Notes under the pieces: generated by a model
What the model saw: the letters and a program-made list of their open reading frames with translations, nothing else
What the model was told of the DNA's origin: nothing
Database searches by the model: none
Translations under genes and position numbers: made by a program
DNA from: Antechinus flavipes
Taxonomy: Eukaryota
Reading direction: 5' to 3'
DNA: 64,000 bases
NCBI RefSeq assembly: GCF_016432865.1
Contig: NC_067402.1
Location: 160,332,001 to 160,396,000, forward strand
Shown here: one piece after another, positions 49,609 to 63,310 of the stretch
How positions within the stretch are numbered: the first letter of the stretch is position 1
Layout: every line of letters starts with the position of its first letter

Positions 49609-49853
49609 TGTTCTGGATTTTAATATAAAAAAGATTTTCATTGACTTTGTAGAACATAAAAATATGACAGCAGAGAAACTGTGACTCTCCATTCCATATC
49701 TCTTGCTTAAAAAAAAAAAAAGTAAGTAAAAATTTCATGTTATTTTCAAAACTGTCCTGTTTGTCCTTCTGAACATATATCCATTCTCTTCTGTGAATTG
49801 AAAAAAATGTTGGGCATACATTTTTAGAGATGGCTACTGTATAGATTAATTTT

Positions 49854-50227
49854 TTTTTTGGCATTTCTTTTATTTTTTTTTCTTTTTAAATTTTTATTTA
49901 ATAATTACTTTATATTGACAGAATCCATGCCAGGGTAATTTTTTTTTTTTTTTACAACCTTATCCTTTGCACTCGTTTCTGTTCCAATTTTTTTCCCTCC
50001 CTCCCTCCATTCCCTCCCCTAGATGGCAAGCAGTCCTTTATATGTTGGATATGTTGCAGTATATCCTAGATACAATATATGTTTGCAGAACCGAACAGTT
50101 CTCTTGTTGCATAGGGAGAATTGGATTCAGAAGGTATAAATAACCCGGGAAGAAAAACAAAAATGCAGATAGTTCACATTCGTTTCCCAGTGTTCTTTCT
50201 TTGGGTGTAGCTGCTTTTGTCCGTGTG
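49854..50227 (-). mobile_element. 5'-truncated young L1 3' end
   Basis: Poly-T plus the reverse complement of the same L1 3'UTR as at 9.9 kb and 46 kb. 12-bp TSD TAGATTAATTTT (49842-49853 / 50228-50239). Confidence 0.9.
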
Positions 50228-50699
50228 TAGATTAATTTTGATTGTGTTACAACTCTCCACCTCTGCACTCTCTTTTATGTTTTTAATTGGAATGAAGAAA
50301 GGGAAATTAATGGAAGGTGGAGTTAGTGGTAATGTAATAATAATGATGATGAAATTATTTTGTTTGTAATATTTTAAATTTACCCATGGGAAGTTCAACT
50401 GGCAACATGACAAGCATTTTGAAATGAAAGTATAGAATTATATAGTTAAAGTAATATGAAGTAGAATTCATAGTTTCATATACAGCCCTCTTTTTTGGCA
50501 TGTTTTGATTCATGTATGGAAATTCTTTTTTATGGTTTTTTTTTAAGAAAATATTTTGATAACTATTTCAATATGCTGTAGTTGGTTTCCTTTGTATTAA
50601 GTATTTAACAACATTCTTACAAGAGATCCATAGCCTTTACTAGCATGTTAAGGAGTCCACTGACACAAAAAAAGGTTAAGGACTCCAATTTTATGACAT

Positions 50700-51130
50700 C
50701 TCAAGACAAAGTCCTAAGGACTTTGGAGGCCCTGGATGCTTGGACTCTCTTGGTCTCATTACTGCCCCACCACCCTGATTGCTTCCACTCCCTAGGGCTT
50801 ACATAGTCTCGACTGCAAATTTTTGGCTAAGCTAGGACTTCCTCTGGAAAACTCTGCTCTTTATGCCCTTAGATATGGGGGCTTGAAGGTACCTGTGTCC
50901 TTGAAGGGAATTGTCTCTCTTCAATGCTGAGAGGCTGTCAGTTTATCTGAATGTGCTGGTCTTAGTTTTGCTGGTGTAGATTTCTGGCTGAATTTTTGTG
51001 CATCTGAAGTAAGAAGTCACTTATGGTTTCTCATTGGATTTCTTGATCGTTATTAAGTCGAATTTAGGTTTTGATGGAAACAGGTTAGAGGTATGAGGTC
51101 TGTCTTCTTTCAGAAAGCCACCTTAAACCA
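50700..51130 (-). mobile_element. L1 5'UTR fragment
   Basis: Resembles the 5' region of the element at 57300-57790. Degenerate. Confidence 0.5.
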
Positions 51131-52769
51131 AAAATAGTATCTCCAAACTCATTGTTAATTGGTTCCATAAGACATAACGAGGGGCAAAAATGATGATTTC
51201 TGAGTGATTTTTTTTCCATAAGGAGTGCTTCTACAATGTGAGGTCTAACTATCCCTTCCTACCTTATTTCCCACAGGAGCAAGTGGGACTGCAGAGAAAA
51301 CCAGCCAGTCCAGCTGTGCTCCTCCCTTTTTGACTCAACTCACTTTCTGAGAGGAACCTCAACCATTATATCCTCCCTCCAGCACAGTCTATGCAAGTGC
51401 CCTCTTCCTCAAAGGAAGAAAGGGATATGGAGGCGGAAGGTTTTGTCTCTCACCCTCCACATCCCAAGGCTCTGGCCAAGGACTGGGGCATCAAAGCTGC
51501 CACATGTCCTAGATTGTGCTCTCTTGATGGCTTCTCCTCCTAATGAGCATGACAGCCTCTCTGTGTCCCTTCCAGTACTTCTGTTTTGGGAGATGGGAAA
51601 TGCTGCATCACTAAAGCATCATTATCCCTCCAACCTGATAGTACTGCCCACTGCTGCCTGTGGCCAGGGGCAATAGCAGGGGTGGTGGGGATCTATGCAG
51701 TATGCTTGGCCAAACATCCCTACTACTTAACCAACACATCGAAGTGCAATGATTACTGAGCAAGATTTGAGTGCTGAAGCATTTCTTTCTCATTGAAATG
51801 TGTCAAATACCAAATTTGATGGTTTCAAAGCAGAAGAGTACCCGGGTACCACTGAATTTCCAAGGCTAGTTCCTTGTCCCCTCCACCATAGCTGCTATTA
51901 TGAGACCAGTTAAATAATGGAATAAAAGATAAACCATTTCTAATTGGAGAGACCAAAGAAGACTTCATAGAAGAATAATACTTGGACTACCTCTTAAAGC
52001 TTAAGTAGAGTTAAGGTGAAAAGTGGGGAGGTCATTCTAAATGTAAGAGAGTTTGAAGCTTTAATATGAGCAAGTATACAATGTCTTCTGGGGCTTATGA
52101 GTTAGTCCAATTTGGAAAGATCTTAATATACGTAAGGAAGAATAGAATGAAATATGGAAAATACTGAAATAGTTTTTCATACTGGTATGATATAAATTAT
52201 CATTTTTAAAAATCAGAGTTTTAATGATGTTGCTCAGTTTTATCAAATGAACTTGTACAATTTACATTTTTTCACAGTATTCTAAGCATATTCTCCACTC
52301 TTCTCACAACTTGAAAAAGAAAAAACCTACAGCCTTGTTGTTAGCTATTTCATTCAATTGTGTTCCAAATAAATATAACTACAAGATAATCATGCTTCCT
52401 TTCTTTGCCTAAAAACACTTTAATAAAAAAAAAAAAAAAAAAAAAGGAACATTGCAGGGTAATACAATTGAAAAATCTAGGTTCCTAAGAAAAATACTAC
52501 CTCCCCAACTCCCGCTCCAAATTAAATAACCATGCTAGTCAAATCTAGAACTTCCAATAGTCATTTATCCTTATGGTGAACTGGGTCAAATGTTCTTTGA
52601 ATTCATTTTTGGGAACTTTTTTTTTTTTTTTTAAGTAAAGCACTACAATCAGGGAAGGAAAATCTAAATAAAAACCAAGATGAATTATGTAACTTTTTGC
52701 CTTTTACACTGTCTGGCTGAAGCCAGCTAAATGGATTGAAAATTTTTGTTTGTTTCTAAAGAGACAGGT

Positions 52770-53600
52770 TTTAAAAACTATATTATAAAGCAGCAATCAT
52801 CAAAACCATTTGGTACTGGCTAAGAAATCGAGTAGTTTATCAGTGGAATAGATTAGGTTCACCAGATACAATAGTCAATAATTATAATAATCTAGTGTTT
52901 GATAAACCTAAAGACTCCCTGAGATAAGAACTCACTACTTGACAAAAATTGCTGGGAAAATTGGAAAACAGTATGCCAGAAACATAACACCTTATACCAG
53001 GATAAGGTTTAATTAAATGGGTTCATGAGTTAGACATAAAGAATGATACTATAGGCAAATTAGAAAAACAAAGGGTAATCCACCTCTCAGATCTGTGAAG
53101 GAAGAAAGTTGTGGCCAAAAAATAGAGTAAATTATGAAAATCAAAATAGATAATTTTGATTATATTAAGTTAAAAGGTTTTGTACAAACAAAACCAATGC
53201 AGAGAAGATTAGAAGAAAACTGGGAAAAAAAATTTGCATCCAAGGGTTCTGATAAAAGCCTCAAATTTATAAAAATATAAGCCACTCTCCAATTGATAAA
53301 TGGTCAAAGGATGGGAAGAGACAATTTTTAGATGAAAACCATTTTTAGTCATATGAAAAATGCTCTAAATCACTATTGATGGGAAAAATGCAAATTAAGA
53401 CAGCTCTAGAGAATATGGAAATGTTTTGCATGACTAAAGATGTATAATCTAAACTGAATTGCCTATATTCTCAATGGGGGTGGAAAGTAGGAAGCAGAGG
53501 AAGGAGAGAACTGGAACTCAAAGTTTTAAAAACAAATATTAAAAATTGTTTTTATAAATAACTGGGAAAAAATAAAATGCTAAATTTGAAAAAAGAAAAG
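52770..53600 (+). mobile_element. L1 ORF2 fragment plus 3'UTR
   Basis: [29 protein letters not shown]...LVFDKPKDS, then a jump to the 3'UTR. Confidence 0.85.
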
Positions 53601-54388
53601 AAAGAAGATGGAAGAACTGGGATTTTATCTCATAAGCTAACTTGGGATAGGAGACTCAGCATTTCAGAGACAAGGAAATCTGCTTTTTCCTCGTTGTAGT
53701 TGAGAAATCATAGACTTGTTACCCTGCTTCCTAATATTTTTCTGCTAACTCATGCCATCATGTTTAGATCAGATCAAAAAGATGAAAGAAAAAAAATCTT
53801 GACTGAAAGAAAAAAGATTTTGATCTGATTTTTCTTGTGCGACATGACAAATTTGGAAATATGTTCAGAAGAATTGAACATATTTAACCTATATTAGATT
53901 GTTTGCTGCCTATGGGAGGAAGTAGAGGGAAAGGGGGAGATAAATGTTGAATGTTGAAATGTGAGTGTTGAAAACTGTCTTTGTATGTATTTGGAAAAAT
54001 AAAAAGCCATTAAAAAAAGAATGCTCTCAGAAAAACCTTTCTTTTTTTCCTTCTTTTTAATTATTCTTGAGGTTTTTTTTTTTTTTTTTAAATCTATGTT
54101 GTTTTTCACAACATGACATAGGATCCTTAAGTGGGGGAAGGTTAAGTAATAGTAAGGCAAGTTAGGGAGCAGAAATAGAATAGTCAGCAAAAATAGAAAA
54201 GACATGTGTGTGTATGTATGTGTGTGGGGGTGAGTATGTATATAGATGTATATATCTACATATGTATACATAAATATATCTTTTCTTAGCTATAGCTTCC
54301 TTGAATGTGGGGGGGGGGTGAAAAGGAGAAAAAAGAATAAAGTAAATAAGGTGTGTATCAGAGAACTAAAGAACAATTTACAAGGAAG

Positions 54389-54860
54389 TATAATGCCAGA
54401 GAAACTGAGGCAATATAGAGATTAGAGAGTATTTATATTTGAAAAGGAAAGATTTACTGGGACCAAATGGAGCCATGGTTTAGTCCCAAGGATGAATGAG
54501 ACTATCCTCTCCAAAAATCCAGCAAACAATATGAATTCTAAATAACATATATACACATGGCTCAGTTACAGGGGTAGACCAAGGCAGGGGTGGAGTCCTA
54601 GCTCTTGAGAGTGGGAATCGGACTATCAATCTGGCAGGGTGGGGACATTCTGATAAATTGAAATGGGGAGAAGCACTCAACATTCTGATGATGTCTAAGA
54701 TAGAAGGTCTCTCTCCTTATCTGGATCATCATGATTAGGAGGGGAGGGGTGATGTTGCAGGATTGAACAATTAGGAACTGAGGCAGAACAATTCAGGGAA
54801 ACCTAGGCAGAACAATAGGGAAACTGAGTCAGGACAATAGAAGGGAACTGTGGCACAACA
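54389..54860 (-). mobile_element. Solo ERV1-like LTR (family A, copy 3), 472 bp
   Basis: Homologous termini tataatgccagagaaactgagg...aagggaactgtggcacaaca and 4-bp TSD GAAG (54385-54388 / 54861-54864). Inserted in an L1 3'UTR. Confidence 0.88.
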
Positions 54861-55089
54861 GAAGTAAAGAAAAATGGACATTCATGAATATAATTTCTTC
54901 TACTAATATATATATTTTCTTGATCTGGCAATTTGTTGTTATATATATATATTTTTTTGAATCCTTCCTCATGTTCTGCTGGGCACATGACAATGTTCTC
55001 TTTTGTTTTGCTTTACCTTGTTTGTATTTCTTTTCTGTTTTTCTTTTTTTCCTTACTCTATTTTTTCAAATAAAATAAATTCAATAATA

Positions 55090-57793
55090 ATTTTAAAAAC
55101 AATGGTTGAATCAGTTCTCTACTCATCAACAATACATTAATAGCTTATTTTTTCCACATCTCCTTCATAATTTTTCTTTTCTGTCCTTTTGGCCAATCTA
55201 ACAGGTATATGGCAGTACCTTAGAATTATTTTAAATGCCTTTCTTCAATCAACAGTAAATGGTTCTTATTCTTATAAATTTGTTATATTTGTTAAAGAGG
55301 TATAAATAATAAATTTATAAATTTTATAAATTTGACTTACTTCCCTATTTGTTTGAGAAATGAGGCCTTTATCAGAGAAACTTGCTCCAATTTTTTCCCC
55401 ACAGTTTCTCTTGTTAACTTATTTTTCTTCTGTTTATTTTATTTTCTCTCTCCTTTTACCTTGTCCCTCCTTAAAAATGTTTTGCTTCTGACTACTATCT
55501 CACCCAATTTATGTTCCCTTCTATCACCATCACTACCCTCTCTTCCTCTCCTATTTTCCTGTTAGTAAGATAGATTTTAAGTGTGTATGTTATTACCTCT
55601 TCTGAGCCAGTTTTGATAAGAGTAAAGTTCACTCATTGTCCCTTATTTCCCCCCCTTTCCTCTCCACTGTGAAAGCTTTTTCTTTCCTCTTTTATGTGTG
55701 AAAATTTACCCTATCTTACCCCTCCCTTTCTCTCTTACAGTACATTCCTCTCTTACTCCTTCATTATTTTTTAGATATTATCCTTTCACATTCAACCCCT
55801 TCACATTCACATAACCCCTGTGCCCTCTGTCTAGATAGATAGATAGATACTCCTTTTAATTGCCCTAATAATGAGAAAGTTCTCATGAGTTAGAAGTATC
55901 ATCTTTCCATGTAAGAATGTAAAGAATTTAACCTTATTAAGTCTCTTATGAGTTCCCTTTCCTATTTACCTTTTTATGCTTCTCTAGATTCAAATTTTTG
56001 AAAGTCAGATTTTTTATTCAGCTCTGGTATTTTCATCAAGAATGCTTGAAAGTTCTTTATTTCATTGAATATCCATTTCCCCACTGAAGGACTATAATTG
56101 GTTTTGCTGCATAGGTGATTCTTGGTTGTAACTCTCTCTCTTTTGCCCTCTGGAATATCATATTCCAAACCCTCTGATCCTTTAATATGGGAACCACTAA
56201 ATCTCATGTTATCCTATCTAAAATTCCACAATACTTGAATTGTTTCTGGCTGCTTGCAATATTTTCTCCTTGACCTGGAAGCTCTGGAATTTGGTTATAT
56301 TTGGCTGGGAATTTTCATTTTAAAATCTCTCTCAGGAGGTGGTTTGTGGATTCTTTACATTTATTTTTTTATCCCTAGTCCTAGAGTAGCAGGGAAGTTT
56401 TCCTTGACAGTCTAGGCTCTTTTTTTTTTTTTTTTTTTTTTATCTTGGCTTTCAAGTAGTCCAATAATTTTAAGATTATCTCTTCAGGTCAGTTCTTTTT
56501 TTCAATAAGATATTTCACTTTGTCTTCTATTTTTTACATTATTTTGACTTTTTAAAAAAAATTGTATCTTTATACATCATTTGCTTCCATTTGCTCAATT
56601 CTAATTTTTAAGGAATTATTTTCTTCAGTGAGTTTTTGTTCCTTCTTTTCTATTCGTATAATTCTATTTTTAAAGTTGTTTTCTTCATTGGATTTTTTCT
56701 TCCATTTAGTCAATTCTACTCCTTAAAGAATTGTTTTTTTCTTCAGTGAATTTTTGTGCTTCTCCATTTGGCCAATTCTTCTATTTAAGTCATTCTTCTC
56801 TTCATTGGCTTCCTTTACCATTTACCAAGTTTCTGACTTTTTTTTTCATGATTTTCTTGCAACATTCTTATTTCTATTCTCAGGTTTTCCTCTACCTCTC
56901 TTACTTGAATTTCAAAATTCTTTTGGAATTCTTCATATCCTGAGACTAATTCATATTTTTCTTGGGAGTCTTTGGATGTAGTAACTTTGACTTTTTAATC
57001 TTCTGAGTGCATATTTTGATCTTTCTTGTCCCCATTTTGACTTTCTATGGTCAGAATCTTTTTCTGTTGTTTGCTCAATTTTCTAGCCTATTATTTATCA
57101 TTTAACTTTTTGTTAAAGTAGGGTTCTATTTCCAGGATGAAAGGTACACTATTTTATGCAACTGTTTTCATAGATACTTCTAGGTACCTGTAATTTTTCA
57201 ATTTTTACAGGGTGGTATGATCTAAAGATAGGTATTTTACTACTCACTTAGCCTTTGCATGACCACAAGCATTTTTTTCTGCCTGAAACTGTGAGAAGGG
57301 TCCCTATTCTATTGTGGTGATAACTCTGGTGTATTAATGATTTTCCTTGTCCTGGAACTGCTACCTAGGACTGCAATCTGGATTTGAATTTGGACACAGA
57401 AACAGAATCATGCCTCAGTGTTAGAGAAGAGACTCCCTGTAATCTCCTTCTGATCAGTTTTTGGACACATACCCCTTACCATCAGGCTGAGCCCTGGAAG
57501 CTGCCACTACTATTTTCAATTCAGGGGCTCCCAAGGCCTGCTCCTAGTTTTCTGGGGCTTGGGCTATGCTAGTGAGGTTTATATTGGATTGTGTTTCCCC
57601 TCACCCTGGTGTGATAGACCTTTCCTATTGACCTTTTAAGTTTTTCTGGACTGGAAAATTGTTTCACTTCATCTTTTTGTGCATTCTGCTGCTCTAGAAT
57701 TTATATAGAGTTACTATTCAAAGGTATTTGAAGGGATTTTAAGGAGATCTTAAGTGAGTTCCTGCCTTTTCACACTATCTTGGCTCTGCTTCT
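55090..57793 (-). mobile_element. L1 element with 5' end and ORF1 but most of ORF2 missing
   Basis: The minus-strand start agaagcagagccaagat resembles the L1 5' end. ORF 55974-56207 includes the ORF1 C-terminal motif KWIFNEIKNFQAFLMKIPELNKKSDFQ. An ORF2 C-terminal-like piece lies at about 55100-55380. Confidence 0.75.
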
Positions 57794-58408
57794 CTTTCAT
57801 CTTCTTACAACAATTCTGCCTATCCAGAATTTAAAGTGTTTATATGGTTTTTCTCTCTGATACAGAGGTTCTTTTGGAAACCTGATGAAGCCCAGGGACC
57901 CCTCCTCAGTATTATGTTTTAAAATTCATTTTAAAGTGTATAGAATTACATAGAATACCAATTATATTAAAATATAGTTAAAATTGTATTGCAAACTCTT
58001 TTGTAGCAAGGCTGTCATTGTGTGGCTCAAATCTGGACATCTCTAATTTCTTTTCCCTCCACCCTTCCAGAAAGGGAACCAGGAAGTTGGAACCCAAGAA
58101 CACCCTGCTCTCTTTAGAGAGAAGGAGTACCAAGCTAGAATTATACATATCTGCTCTTCTAAATATTGTTAATCTAGGAATATGATAAAGTTCAATCTAA
58201 CTTCTGATTGCTACTTCTCATTATTGGAGTGAAGATAACCTCAGGCTTTATATCTAAGGCTTAAGCTCTTCCCATCCAATACCAATTCCATGATGAATCC
58301 ACCTAGTGAATTGCAAAGAAATTCATTTATTCAAAAAATAACTAAACAGAATCAAAGGAAGTATACATAAAAGAATATATAAGATAATAGAGTGAAAGAA
58401 CTCTCACA

Positions 58409-58555
58409 NNNNNNNNNNNNNNNNNNNNNNNNNNNNNNNNNNNNNNNNNNNNNNNNNNNNNNNNNNNNNNNNNNNNNNNNNNNNNNNNNNNNNNNNNNNN
58501 NNNNNNNNNNNNNNNNNNNNNNNNNNNNNNNNNNNNNNNNNNNNNNNNNNNNNNN
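58409..58555. other. Assembly gap (147 N)
   Basis: Run of N. Confidence 1.
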
Positions 58556-58904
58556 AATTTAATCAAGATGATATTCCTTAACATTTCTAGGGTAGCAAGC
58601 TGGAGATGATGAAAACTGCCAGCTCCTATTATTTTTTTCCAGAATTTTTTCCTTCAGTAACTTGAAGTGGGGTTAGACACCCCATTTGAAGCCCACCTGA
58701 ACTTATTTGATGATAAGAAGACTGAAAAAGACTGGAGTTTTCCCTATCTGGATGACTTTCTACCCTTTATCCAGCATGTGGCATTCATTGCCACAAATGA
58801 GGAAAATCCCATACCAAAAGCTTTGGGATGGGGTATTCCAAAATATATTAAATATAACAAATTTATTTTAAAAACCAAGTCACAAATATTAGGTTAAGAA
58901 CCCT

Positions 58905-61900
58905 GCTTCTAATACAACCCTCATTCTAATCCAACCTTTACCCTTATTGTTGGAGACTTCAGTATATGTGTTATATTCCTTCAAATTTCTTTGCTCTCAC
59001 TTCAACTTCACTCTCTTTAGGTTCATTCTTTGTAGGCCACCTCAGTCCTAGTGTCTGAGGTCCTGTTCTTTTTGGAATTTAGTCTAGTATTTAAGTATCC
59101 ACTGGATAACTTAAATCTCACAGTCACTCAAAACTGTTTCACTTTCATTAGTTTTGAAAGCAGATTTGATCACAATCTCCTGTGTTATTTCTCCTTTTCC
59201 TAAATCAGTATTTTTTAATCTTCACTATAACATCTAGTTAACATATCTCTTCCTATTCATCTAATCTGTCACCCCTTACTCTGATATTTTCTCTTTTCTC
59301 TTCACTGTGTTGACCCATGATTGATGACACATAATTTTTCTACCCTGATTTCCTTTCCATCTTCTCATAATACCAGTCCTCAAACTTTGAATCACCCCGA
59401 CCATTAGCTATCTCCACTTATAATCATGAGCTATTAAATGTCAATTTAGTATACTCTAATTGAGTCTATTATAACTTCCTATTATAATAATTTAATAGTT
59501 GCCAAGGAAGAGTTGAGAAAAGGCTTCTCTCTTCATTAAAGAAGTAGAGGATAAGAGATGTAGAATACTACAGGTACTGTTAGATGTGTGATATGTTCAT
59601 TGTTTTTGCTCAATTGTTGAGCAATTTTTTTTATTATTAATTTTTTTTATAATGAATATACCATAAAGACAAAGGGCATTAATTGAAAAATTTAAATGAA
59701 GGCAATAGGGCTCTCACTGTTGTTGCACAATAAAACTTATTTTTCCTTAATTGACTCTCACTCCCACTCAGAGTTGTCTCAAAGTTATTTTCTTTCTTCA
59801 AACCCCCAACAATTCTTTCACTCTGCTACTTCTTAGCAGATGTTCTTACCTCCTACTCCACTGAGAAAACAAAAGTATACTTATATTAATTTCTTCTTCT
59901 TACTGATTTCATACCTAAAACCCCTTTTATATTTTCACTTCTCTTTTCCTCCTTTCCAACTGTCTCTAGTGGTCTTCCCAGCACCACTAACTCTTCTACC
60001 TTTACCCTAAACCTCATACTTTCCAACATTTTCCATAGCTTCTTGCTGTCATCTCCAATCTCTCTCTATTGATTTTTTTCTCTTCACCTACAAACACATT
60101 CAGGTCTTTACTCTTCCTTAACAACAAACAAACAGAACCCCCTTACTATATATCTCTTCCTTTTACTCTCATACACCTATATTGAATTGTCTACCCTCAA
60201 TATTTTCACTTTCTCAGTATTCACTAATATCTCTTAAAATAAAATAAAATCTCTTAAAATCTGTTTTCCAATCTTGAATTGCAACTCTTTTCTTTAAAGT
60301 TACCAAAATCATTAACTGCTAAATTCAATGGTCTTTTTTAAATCTTTGTCTTCTTTGGTTTATATACAAATTTTGGACATTATTAACCACCCTGTCCTGG
60401 ATACTCTCTTCTTTTGACTTCCTGCTTGATCACTCTTCAATTTTCTTGGCCAGATTGTCTGTCTCCCAGTCTCTATTAGTGGCTGTCTCCTAGAGCTCTC
60501 ACCTAAGCCCCTATCTCTTTACCTTTTAGGTTATCTATCTCTTGTATATTTCACCCATCACCTTTTGTAGGTTCAAGTATAATCTCTAAAACTCCAAAAT
60601 CTATATCTATCCCCAATCACCCTTCTAAACTTTATTAACTCACTGTCATCTGCCTGACTGCCTATCTTCTACTATATGTACTATGTGAATTTCGTATTCA
60701 ACATATCCAAAACTCATTTTCTTCCCCACTAAATCTGCCCATTCTCCAAACTTCCCCTTTTCCATTGAGTGAAATACCCAATCACCTAAGTTAAAAATCT
60801 CAGAATAATTCTAAACTCTTCCTTCTCTTTTTCTACCACTATTACACCCAGTCAGTTTCCATGGTACAATATTCACATCTCTATCAAAGTCATCATCTCT
60901 ACTTTGTTCCCACACAAATCTTGAAATCTTCCTTAGGGAAACATTGTAGGCTCTGATGGTTTAGTTATAGGATTCTGGGTCTCCGTAGCAGCTCCTAGTC
61001 AAGACTATAGTACATGGTTTCCATTCTGACCATTTTCCCTGACTGGAATCTTATAATTCTCTCTTGGATCCACAACAGACTGAGAAGCCACCTTTGGCCC
61101 TACCGTGTCTGATTCTGGTCTCTATAACACTTCTAGACTATTTCTCTATATTTAGTAAAAGTAATGTAATTGAATGTTTCATTTTTAAAAAAATTTTTAA
61201 TTTTTAAAGTTGACATAAATCAGTAAACATGAAATTTATATACATACCCTTCCTTTCCTTTTTTTTTTTAATTTTTTTTTTCATCAGGAATGACCGTAAA
61301 CATTTTAATTCTAGTGTTCAATACCTTAGGGGATTTAAATTTTTTTTTAATTCTTTCTTTTTTATTATTTAAATTTTTCCAATTACATGTAAAGATAGTT
61401 TTCAACATTCTTTTAAATAAGATTTTAAGTTCTACTTATTTCTCCCTCCTTTCCTTCTTCCCTCCTCAACATGGCAAACAATCTGATATAGATTTTCAAG
61501 CTCCCTTTTATGAATTGATTGTGTTCTTCCATTAGAATGTAAACTCCCTGAAGATAGGCAGTGTTTTGTATGTATCTGCAGTACCTAGCTTAATGCTTGG
61601 CAAAGAAAAAAAGTTTAATAAATCTTATATTTCTCTTCTATCTACCTATCTTTCTAACATCTATCCATCCCTTCCTTCCTACTTACACAGATGTCACCCT
61701 AATTCAGATTCTCATCATTTCTTATCCCTAGACTATAGTAATAATCTCCCAAATGGTCTTCTTTCCCCAAGTTTTTCTTTTCCCTAAACCATTTTACCAC
61801 AACTGCCAAAATAATTTTCCTAATGCATGGGTCTGATCATGTCTTTTCTCAACAAACTTCAGGGGCTTCTGTAAAATATAAACTCTTCAACCTGACATTA

Positions 61901-62345
61901 AAGTCAATCCATAATTTGGGTCCCACCTACCTTTTCAGCCTGGTTTCATACAATTCTCTTTCATTAACTTCATTCCAAGCAAACTGGATTGCTGACAAAG
62001 TTGATAGCTCATCTCCTGCTTCTCTTTATTTGTACAAACAGATCTGCATATCTACAATGTGTTTCCTTCTGTTACAACCTACTGACACTTCTGTCTTTCG
62101 GAAAGCTTATCTTCTTTCAAGGTTCACCTCAAATAGCATTTTCTCCATGAAGTCTCCATTGTTGTTAGTGCTATCTCCCTTTCAATTTCCCTTGTGCTAT
62201 ATTAATCTTAATAGTCTATATTCTTTGCTCTCTCTTTTCTCTGCCCTCAATAGACTGTAAACTCTCCTGAAGGCAAGGGACTCTTTGTTTTTGTCTTTGC
62301 ATCTCAAATACATAACCTAGTGCCTTTCACATAACGAGGAGTTTG
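58905..62345 (+). mobile_element. Long degraded L2 LINE with nested L1 and other fragments
   Basis: Endonuclease-like motif (cttattgttggagacttcagtat, about LIVGDFS) at about 58945, pyrimidine-rich body and L2 tail cctagtgcctttcacata near 62320. Confidence 0.7.
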
Positions 62346-63272
62346 ATTAATTGTGAATGAAACTTAATTGAATGTATAACCTGTGGTCCAGAAGCCCCAG
62401 TCTCTGTGCTTATAAAGATTTGGTCCAATAATGGGGTCGACCCCCAAAATCCTATGTCTTTGTATTGCTTCCACTCATAGTTGCCTTTAGAAATTTCAGA
62501 AGATAGCCCTCAAATATAGCTGATGTAAATATAGATAGATAGATATGGATATAGATATTTATAAAATCTCTAGAATCACATGTGTTTTCTCCTCAAAGAA
62601 ACTTTGGAACCAACTCCATCCATTTTGCAGGTACTCAGTGCCATCATCAAGCTTAGTATTCTATCTGCATTCTAATGTATATATATAAACACATAAATAA
62701 TGTATATACAAAATGCCTAGGCATGACTGTAGCCTGGTTAATATTTTGTATTTCTTGAATTTTAAATTATTTTAAATATTATCCCCCTTTCTCCAGCTCC
62801 TTGAAGCCAGAAATTGTGTTTTTATCTCTCTCTCTCTGTGTGTATGTGTGTGTGTGAGAGACCAGCACTTAACACAGTATCTAGCACATAGTAAGAATTT
62901 AGTAAATGTTTATTGACTGACTGAATAATAGCTATTAAAACCTATAATCTATATAAAAAACAACTTAGACCTTCAAATCTCTGTTACAAAATGTTAAATC
63001 AAGGTTTAAAAAAAGGAAGCAAGTATGTAACAGATTTGTGTTTTCATATATGGAAATGTTTATGGGTACCAATGTTTGTCACTTTCAATATAATCAAAAA
63101 CTGTGAGAATAAAAATTTTCAAAATGAATCCTATTCAATTACATTGCTCTCACTAAAGTGTTATTGATAACATTTTTTAGTGAGAGCAAAATGACATTTT
63201 GTAACTTTAATAAATAGAATACAAATTATTCTTGTGTATTTTACAATGTATATAATTCATTAATTCAGGAGT

Positions 63273-63276
<4 letters not shown>

Positions 63277-63309
<33 letters not shown>

Positions 63310-63310
63310 C
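63277..63310. repeat. (TACA)n/(CA)n microsatellite
   Basis: Direct reading of the sequence. Confidence 0.9.

Noticed and set aside
51838-51849. 12-bp palindromes GTACCCGGGTAC (here) and GGGGTCGACCCC (62433-62444)
   Set aside because: A few such palindromes are expected by chance in 64 kb, and there is no supporting context.
58667-58897. 76-aa protein-looking ORF (PFIQHVAFIATNEENPIPK), considered as a viral helicase or EVE fragment
   Set aside because: It starts at GTG behind an in-frame TAA, has no Walker A or other recognisable motif, and the nearby acceptors put a stop in frame. A BLASTx hit to a viral protein would revive it.
61823-62260. 145-aa ORF
   Set aside because: It lies in the 3' part of a degraded L2, with Ser/Leu/Phe-rich composition typical of that repeat. 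The same applies to the ORFs at 20881-22602.
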